DNA of 64,000 nucleotides from positions 33,067 through 97,066 of IMG/VR virus record IMGVR_UViG_3300007735_000793. One strand, 5' to 3'. The position numbers and the translations under genes are program-made. This document shows, piece after piece, positions 59,490 through 64,000 of this stretch. How positions within the stretch are numbered: position 1 is the stretch's first letter; every line of letters starts with the position of its first letter. Origin of the DNA: a virus. The notes below the pieces were generated by a model. The model ran no database searches, was not told where the DNA came from, and worked only from the letters and a program-made list of their open reading frames with translations.

Positions 59490-61055
59490 TTATTGATTAA
59501 TAATCCGTTTGGTATAGGTTCCTGATGTTGTGGTGATACGAACTAATAACACACCACTAACACCACCATTAATTGTTACGATTGATTGTAGTTCATCCCA
59601 CACACTATTTAGGGGTTGTCCTATAACATTGTAAACCATAACACCCAAAATAGGTTCATCTGAACTTATCACAAATTTACCATTCGATGGATTTGGGTAT
59701 AATTTCATTTGGGGAGATGAAACAAAATTGATTGATGTTGGAATAGTATCGGGCATAAAATTAGACCAACCACTTGTCCAATCGGAACTATCACCAAATG
59801 CGCCAATATAAGTAACCGGTGTAAAGAATGAGTTGGATAAACGGGGGATGGTAAATGAAGCGCCATGCCTTAAAATACTATTGGGTTGTAGTAACAATTG
59901 AGGATTTGTTAAATTATTGTAACCAACCGATAAACCAATTTGATGTGTGCTATCATATGTAACATTACCTCTTATGCTATTTGAAAAATATGTTTCCATT
60001 CCAGCCCAACTATTTGCACCTTGCGATTGCTCAAAGTTATTGGTCATATTGGCAAAAACCACTCTTTCAATTTGAAGTGAATCATTGGTGGCGTTACTTT
60101 GAGCAGCACTTCCGTCAATATGTAATCCTGTTGGGTATCCCATAAATACTGAATTGTAAATAGATGTACGGGTGTTTCTACGAAGATGCAATGCTCTACG
60201 ATAAAGCGATGCGGGAGTTCCATTTTCTTTAGGACCGATGATAGTTACATTGGAGAATGTAGGTGCGGTGATAGGTGTGAGTGAAGTACCAGTCCCATCG
60301 TTATCAGACTCGAACCCATTTGATTGTGATTGGTCTGCTATTTGCGCATCACGCATTGAAAGAGCAAATTGAACTTTACCTGTATAACCAAAATCGGTAT
60401 CGAAATCATCATCCCAACCTCTATATGCAATCAGATATTTACAATTTACAGTTCCACCAAACCATTCATAACTATCATCGCCGGAATAAGATACCTGAAC
60501 ATATTCAATAATAGTCCTTCTACCAACCCCGCCCAATGTCAATCCATTAATCTCACTGTTGGGTTGATAAGCAATGCCCGGATATTCAATCCGAACATAT
60601 CTAAATACGCCTGAGCTATCATCATCATAACTCCCACCATATTCCGCATCCGGTCCAAGTAATCCACCTTCAATTTGACCATTTCCACCAGGTACATTTA
60701 TTGTTGCACTACCCAAAATAACAACACCACCCCAATCACCATAGTTCCTTTGACCCGCAGGTTCGTTGGAAGTAAATACAATTGGTTGCGTTTGAGTTCC
60801 GTTTGCATAAATGAGGCCAGAACGAGCAATTATAAGAGTTCCTTTTGTTGCTTTATCCCCCCTAATAATGGTACCCGGTTGAATAGTTAATGTAGCACCA
60901 TCCTTTACAAACCTATTTCCTTTTAGGAGGTAAATACGGTCATTGGTCCAAGTGGTAGATGTGGTGATATCCGTTTGGATAGTGTCAATAGTGGTTTGTG
61001 CTTGTGCAAAACCAAGTGTGCTCATAAGAGCAATCATAAAAAGTTTTTTAATCAT
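59490..61055 (-). CDS. Secreted beta-helix protein with T9SS type A C-terminal domain
   Basis: Signal peptide ...AQA|Q; DDSYEWFGG, DDDFDTDFG; CTD LYPNP...VYNVIGQ...GVLLVRI...KRII. Confidence 0.85.
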   Translation of the reverse strand: MIKKLFMIALMSTLGFAQAQTTIDTIQTDITTSTTWTNDRIYLLKGNRFVKDGATLTIQPGTIIRGDKATKGTLIIARSGLIYANGTQTQPIVFTSNEPAGQRNYGDWGGVVILGSATINVPGGNGQIEGGLLGPDAEYGGSYDDDSSGVFRYVRIEYPGIAYQPNSEINGLTLGGVGRRTIIEYVQVSYSGDDSYEWFGGTVNCKYLIAYRGWDDDFDTDFGYTGKVQFALSMRDAQIADQSQSNGFESDNDGTGTSLTPITAPTFSNVTIIGPKENGTPASLYRRALHLRRNTRTSIYNSVFMGYPTGLHIDGSAAQSNATNDSLQIERVVFANMTNNFEQSQGANSWAGMETYFSNSIRGNVTYDSTHQIGLSVGYNNLTNPQLLLQPNSILRHGASFTIPRLSNSFFTPVTYIGAFGDSSDWTSGWSNFMPDTIPTSINFVSSPQMKLYPNPSNGKFVISSDEPILGVMVYNVIGQPLNSVWDELQSIVTINGGVSGVLLVRITTTSGTYTKRIINQ

Positions 61056-61105
61056 AGATAAATTTGTTTTGTTAATAAATATTGTTTTTAGTTGATAAAA
61101 TTAAG

Positions 61106-61179
61106 TAGGGGAAGCGGGACTCGAACCCACAACCTCGTGCTCCCAAAGCACGTAATCTAACCAATTGATATATTCCCCT
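61106..61179 (-). tRNA. tRNA-Pro(TGG)
   Basis: CGTGC-TTTGGGA-GCACG. Confidence 0.9.
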
Positions 61180-61184
61180 ATGTT

Positions 61185-61388
61185 TCCCCACCCTGAGATT
61201 GGGGGTGAGTAGTTATTTCGGTTTTCTATTTCTTAAAAACCTGCGAGGCATCCCTCATTAAAACATCCAAGCTACTGGGAGGCTCTGCTACCTACCTTTA
61301 TTCCCAAGATGTCCCACTCACGCCGTAGACATTCTGCGAGTTCATTGTTTAAGTCTTGAACCAAAGACTCTGAGTATCTCTTACTCAT
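61185..61388 (-). ncRNA. Unidentified structured ncRNA within tRNA array
   Basis: ~200 nt, GC-enriched, six or more hairpins, no cloverleaf. Confidence 0.6.
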
Positions 61389-61390
61389 TG

Positions 61391-61464
61391 CGGTTCGTAT
61401 GGGAATCGAACCCATGACCTTCGCAGTGACAGTGCGATATTGTAACCAACTCTACTAACGAACC
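61391..61464 (-). tRNA. tRNA-Asp(GTC)
   Basis: TCGCA-CTGTCAC-TGCGA. Confidence 0.93.
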
Positions 61465-61468
61465 ATTG

Positions 61469-61541
61469 AGCGATAAGTAGGACTCGAACCTACAACCCCC
61501 GACTTGGAAGGACGATGCTCTACCATTTGAGCTATTATCGC
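61469..61541 (-). tRNA. tRNA-Gly(TCC)
   Basis: Cloverleaf, CTTCCAA loop. Confidence 0.9.
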
Positions 61542-61547
61542 AAATTG

Positions 61548-61620
61548 AGCGGTAGACTGGATTCGAACCAGCGACCCTAACCTTGGCAAGGTTATGCTCT
61601 ACCAACTGAGCTACTACCGC
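61548..61620 (-). tRNA. tRNA-Gly(GCC)
   Basis: TAACC-TTGCCAA-GGTTA. Confidence 0.95.
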
Positions 61621-61625
61621 AAATG

Positions 61626-61698
61626 AGCTTCTTATCGGATTCGAACCAATGACCATCCGCTTACAAGGCGGAAGCTCTACCAACTGAGCTAAAGAAGC
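61626..61698 (-). tRNA. tRNA-Thr(TGT)
   Basis: CTTGTAA loop, cloverleaf. Confidence 0.93.
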
Positions 61699-61704
61699 AT
61701 TTTG

Positions 61705-61778
61705 TGGACCGTACCGGATTCGAACCGATGACCTTCTGAATGCAAATCAGACGTTCTAGCCAACTGAACTAACAGCCC
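61705..61778 (-). tRNA. tRNA-Ala(TGC)
   Basis: G3:U70, TTTGCAT loop. Confidence 0.95.
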
Positions 61779-61783
61779 TTTTG

Positions 61784-61857
61784 TAGCGGGTGAGGGATTC
61801 GAACCCCCGATTCCTGGCTTATGAGACCTGGCGGATAGACCACTTCCATAACCCGCA
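61784..61857 (-). tRNA. tRNA-Met(CAT), initiator-like (1:72 mismatch)
   Basis: CTCATAA loop, U1/U72. Confidence 0.8.
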
Positions 61858-61866
61858 ATAGATTTG

Positions 61867-61941
61867 TACTCCGTATGGGACTCGAACCCATAAGCTCTCC
61901 CGTGAAAGGGGAGTGTCCTAAACCAATTAGACGAACGGAGC
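61867..61941 (-). tRNA. tRNA-Glu(TTC)
   Basis: CTCCC-CTTTCAC-GGGAG. Confidence 0.95.
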
Positions 61942-61951
61942 ATATTGTTTG

Positions 61952-62023
61952 CGTCCTGAGTAGGGATCGAACCTACGACCTAACGCTTAACAGGCGTTTG
62001 CTCTACCTCTGAGCTATCAAGAC
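61952..62023 (-). tRNA. tRNA-Asn(GTT)
   Basis: AACGC-CTGTTAA-GCGTT. Confidence 0.95.
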
Positions 62024-62029
62024 AATTTG

Positions 62030-62113
62030 TACCGAAGGCGAGACTCGAACTCGCACTGCTGATATAGCGCTGGTTTCTAAAACCAGTGTGACTACCAATT
62101 CCACCACTTCGGC
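62030..62113 (-). tRNA. tRNA-Leu(TAG)
   Basis: CTGGT-TTTAGAA-ACCAG, long variable arm. Confidence 0.93.
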
Positions 62114-62166
62114 GTAATGTTTGTAAATATACAAAATATTTTTTAATTCTCCAAATTTATTTTTTG

Positions 62167-62253
62167 TGGAAGATATTGGATTCGAACCAATGAGCCGGTT
62201 TCCCGACCAACACCTTAGCAGGGTGCCGCTATAGACCTCTCAGCCAATCTTCC
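62167..62253 (-). tRNA. tRNA-Ser(GCT)
   Basis: GCACC-CTGCTAA-GGTGT, long variable arm. Confidence 0.93.
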
Positions 62254-62257
62254 TTTG

Positions 62258-62332
62258 GGTGATTGATGGGAATCGAACCCATGACCTACTGAACCACAAT
62301 CAGTTGCTCTAACCATCTGAGCTACAACCACC
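62258..62332 (-). tRNA. tRNA-His(GTG)
   Basis: G-1:C73, TTGTGGT loop. Confidence 0.93.
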
Positions 62333-62341
62333 ATAAATACT

Positions 62342-62791
62342 TTATCTACAATGATAATCTGCTGCACGAGTTGCAATTTGAATATCAGGTTTAACATTTA
62401 CTTTATATCCTAATGATACTGCCCACCCCCGTGTCGCTCCTATAAGTTTATTAGATTGAGAAAATTCATCCTGATTATAATCCATATCAATTTCAACTTT
62501 AATATTGATTTGTTGAGTAAACCATTCTGCAACTTCTATTGTACGAGAACATTCATCAAATAATCTTGTAAACATATCTCTAACCAATGGAACTTTTTCT
62601 TTTGTATAGATATAATGAACTCCTCTTACACCAAAACGATATGCTATTACCGTTACATATGATGTTTCCAAACCTACATTTTGAGAATCAGTACCAATAT
62701 GGACTTTTAAATTAGGATGTATTTTCATTATCTCTAAAGTATGTTCGATAACATCTACCACTTTATTGTTTACTGATTTGAACCTTTTCAT
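62342..62791 (-). CDS. RNase H-like YkuK (DUF458) family protein
   Basis: HIGTDSQ, RLFDE, AADY. Confidence 0.8.
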   Translation of the reverse strand: MKRFKSVNNKVVDVIEHTLEIMKIHPNLKVHIGTDSQNVGLETSYVTVIAYRFGVRGVHYIYTKEKVPLVRDMFTRLFDECSRTIEVAEWFTQQINIKVEIDMDYNQDEFSQSNKLIGATRGWAVSLGYKVNVKPDIQIATRAADYHCR

Positions 62792-62817
62792 TTTACTTCT
62801 ATTTTAGAAACTTTTTG

Positions 62818-62888
62818 CATGGGTAGTAGGATTCGAACCCACAACAACGCTTTTGGAGAGCGACATGATACCATTTCACTATACCCAT
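62818..62888 (-). tRNA. tRNA-Trp(CCA)
   Basis: CTCCAAA loop, cloverleaf. Confidence 0.9.
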
Positions 62889-62898
62889 ATTATCTTTG

Positions 62899-62969
62899 AG
62901 GTACTGATTGGATTTGAACCAATATAAGAGCTTTTGCAGAGCTCCACCTTGCCAGTCGGACACAGTACC
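62899..62969 (-). tRNA. tRNA-Cys(GCA)
   Basis: GAGCT-CTGCAAA-AGCTC, U73. Confidence 0.93.
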
Positions 62970-62975
62970 ATAATG

Positions 62976-63047
62976 TGGCTCTTGAACGATTCGAACGTCC
63001 AATACTTCGTCCGTAGCGAAGAGGTTTATCCATTAGCCTAAAGAGCC
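62976..63047 (-). tRNA. tRNA-Arg(ACG)
   Basis: CTTCG-CTACGGA-CGAAG. Confidence 0.9.
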
Positions 63048-63052
63048 TTGTG

Positions 63053-63126
63053 TTGGAATAGCCGGATTCGAACCAGCGACCTTTTGAATATCAGTCAAAT
63101 GCTCTAACCAACTGAGCTAAAGGTGT
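63053..63126 (-). pseudogene. Chimeric tRNA-Ile(GAT) with unpaired acceptor stem
   Basis: D, anticodon and T arms intact; 5' ACACCTT cannot pair with 3' TATTCCA. Confidence 0.7.
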
Positions 63127-63131
63127 AAATG

Positions 63132-63204
63132 TGACCCCGAACGGAATCGAACCGTTACTCCCCTGGTTAAAAGCCAGGTGCTTTACCAATTAAGCTACGA
63201 AGTC
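63132..63204 (-). tRNA. tRNA-Lys(TTT); 5' end supplied by the HNH gene 3' end
   Basis: CCTGG-CTTTTAA-CCAGG; overlaps HNH stop codon. Confidence 0.9.
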
Positions 63205-63895
63205 ATATTCTCTTTTCAATCTATGACACCTATTATAGTTTCCGCCTTTAGGTGCTAACCCAACCGAAATAAGAGATTGTCTGAAATTCCACATATTGAG
63301 TAGTAGTGATTCTAATAAAGTTTCATCATTAACTCGCAGTTTTCTTTCTTTTTTATTTCTACCTCGCCATGTAGATGTGAGTGAATGACAATTAGGACAT
63401 AGCATTTCTAAATTATCTCTACAGTTATTAAAGTGATTACCATCTTTATGTTCTAATTCCAAAACTAAAGGAGTATTTAACCACTCATCCAATCCACATT
63501 TATTACATTTTTCATTTTGTTCGTATAATATTCTGGCTCTGAGAGATTCAAAACTTAAATCAGAATAATTGGACTCTAATATATGTTTTTTATGAGCCTC
63601 TCTTTTTGTTTTTGTTATTTTATCAATAATCTCCTTACTTTTCAGAGATTCTCGTTGTTTTATAGCTTTTTCAGAAGTTCTAGCAGCTTTTGATTTTTTT
63701 AATTTATCATTATCCGACCAAATTCTACTATTCCTACAATTCAAAGAGCAATAATTAATCAAACCTTTAGTTGGTTGAAAGTCGATTCCACATTTTTTAC
63801 ATTGTTTCATAAGTTTTGTTTTAATATAAATATTATGTGGAACTCTCAAATATTAAAAAATTAAAAAATAATTTAACCAATTGAGCTACGGGGTC
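63185..63895 (-). mobile_element. HNH cassette inserted in tRNA-Lys with duplicated 5' tRNA segment
   Basis: Orphan 5' fragment at 63876-63895 matches 63185-63204 at 17/20. Confidence 0.8.
63190..63810 (-). CDS. HNH homing endonuclease
   Basis: CKKC..YCSLNC zinc motif; CNKC...LELEHKDGNHFNN..DNL..LCPNCH; start moved to MKQCK. Confidence 0.9.
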   Translation of the reverse strand: MKQCKKCGIDFQPTKGLINYCSLNCRNSRIWSDNDKLKKSKAARTSEKAIKQRESLKSKEIIDKITKTKREAHKKHILESNYSDLSFESLRARILYEQNEKCNKCGLDEWLNTPLVLELEHKDGNHFNNCRDNLEMLCPNCHSLTSTWRGRNKKERKLRVNDETLLESLLLNMWNFRQSLISVGLAPKGGNYNRCHRLKREYDFVA

Positions 63896-63900
63896 ATTTG

Positions 63901-63973
63901 TACTCTCGACAGGATTCGAACCTGTAACCTCGATGATATAAGCATCTTGCGCTAACCATTGCGCCACGAGAGC
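63901..63973 (-). tRNA. tRNA-Ile(TAT)
   Basis: GATG-CTTATAT-CATC, GCTCTCG/CGAGAGT acceptor, A73. Confidence 0.85.
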
Positions 63974-63982
63974 ATAATTATG

Positions 63983-64000
63983 AGGAAGAGGTGAGATTCG
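63983..64000 (-). tRNA. 3' end of a further tRNA (truncated by window edge)
   Basis: CGAATCTCACCTCTTCCT, T-arm and acceptor strand. Confidence 0.6.

Noticed and set aside
1036-60890. Plus-strand ORFs in the track (e.g. 47547-48248, 14565-15029)
   Set aside because: Antisense shadows of minus-strand genes with no recognisable motifs
61185-61388. tmRNA, RNase P RNA or group I intron
   Set aside because: No tRNA-like ends with T-loop, no GAGGAAAGUCC, flanking tRNAs intact
61381-63002. Short tracked ORFs 61381-61683, 61689-61943, 62215-62397, 62799-63002
   Set aside because: They overlap tRNA genes and are spurious

Overview
Gene-dense, AT-rich segment of a large myovirus-like (jumbo) phage genome with essentially all genes on the minus strand. 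Host is most likely Bacteroidota: TTTG-N19/20-TAnnTTTG promoters, a T9SS C-terminal-domain protein, a DUF4494-like gene and a lipoprotein with D-S/T-x glycosylation motifs. Left to right: (1) a nucleotidyltransferase/ligase-like gene fractured by a naturally split intein inside its KxDG motif; (2) about 23 kb of tail-fibre/adhesin genes, of which four end in a dockerin-like module and two begin with a cohesin-like domain, the best candidate for an undescribed system (plug-and-socket fibre assembly or host-protein mimicry); (3) SbcD-SbcC fusion, primase, Mom-like acetyltransferase, T7 endonuclease I-like resolvase; (4) baseplate genes and a gp55-like late sigma factor; (5) auxiliary genes (HD hydrolase, ClpP, UvsE, aaRS-like core, PurA, Hsp20, thioesterase, methyltransferase, dCMP deaminase, RpiB, T9SS cargo); (6) a tRNA array with an unexplained ~200-nt structured RNA, a chimeric tRNA-Ile, a tRNA-Ile(UAU) and an HNH endonuclease that disrupted and rebuilt tRNA-Lys. 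All family assignments are by motif recognition only; no searches were run.
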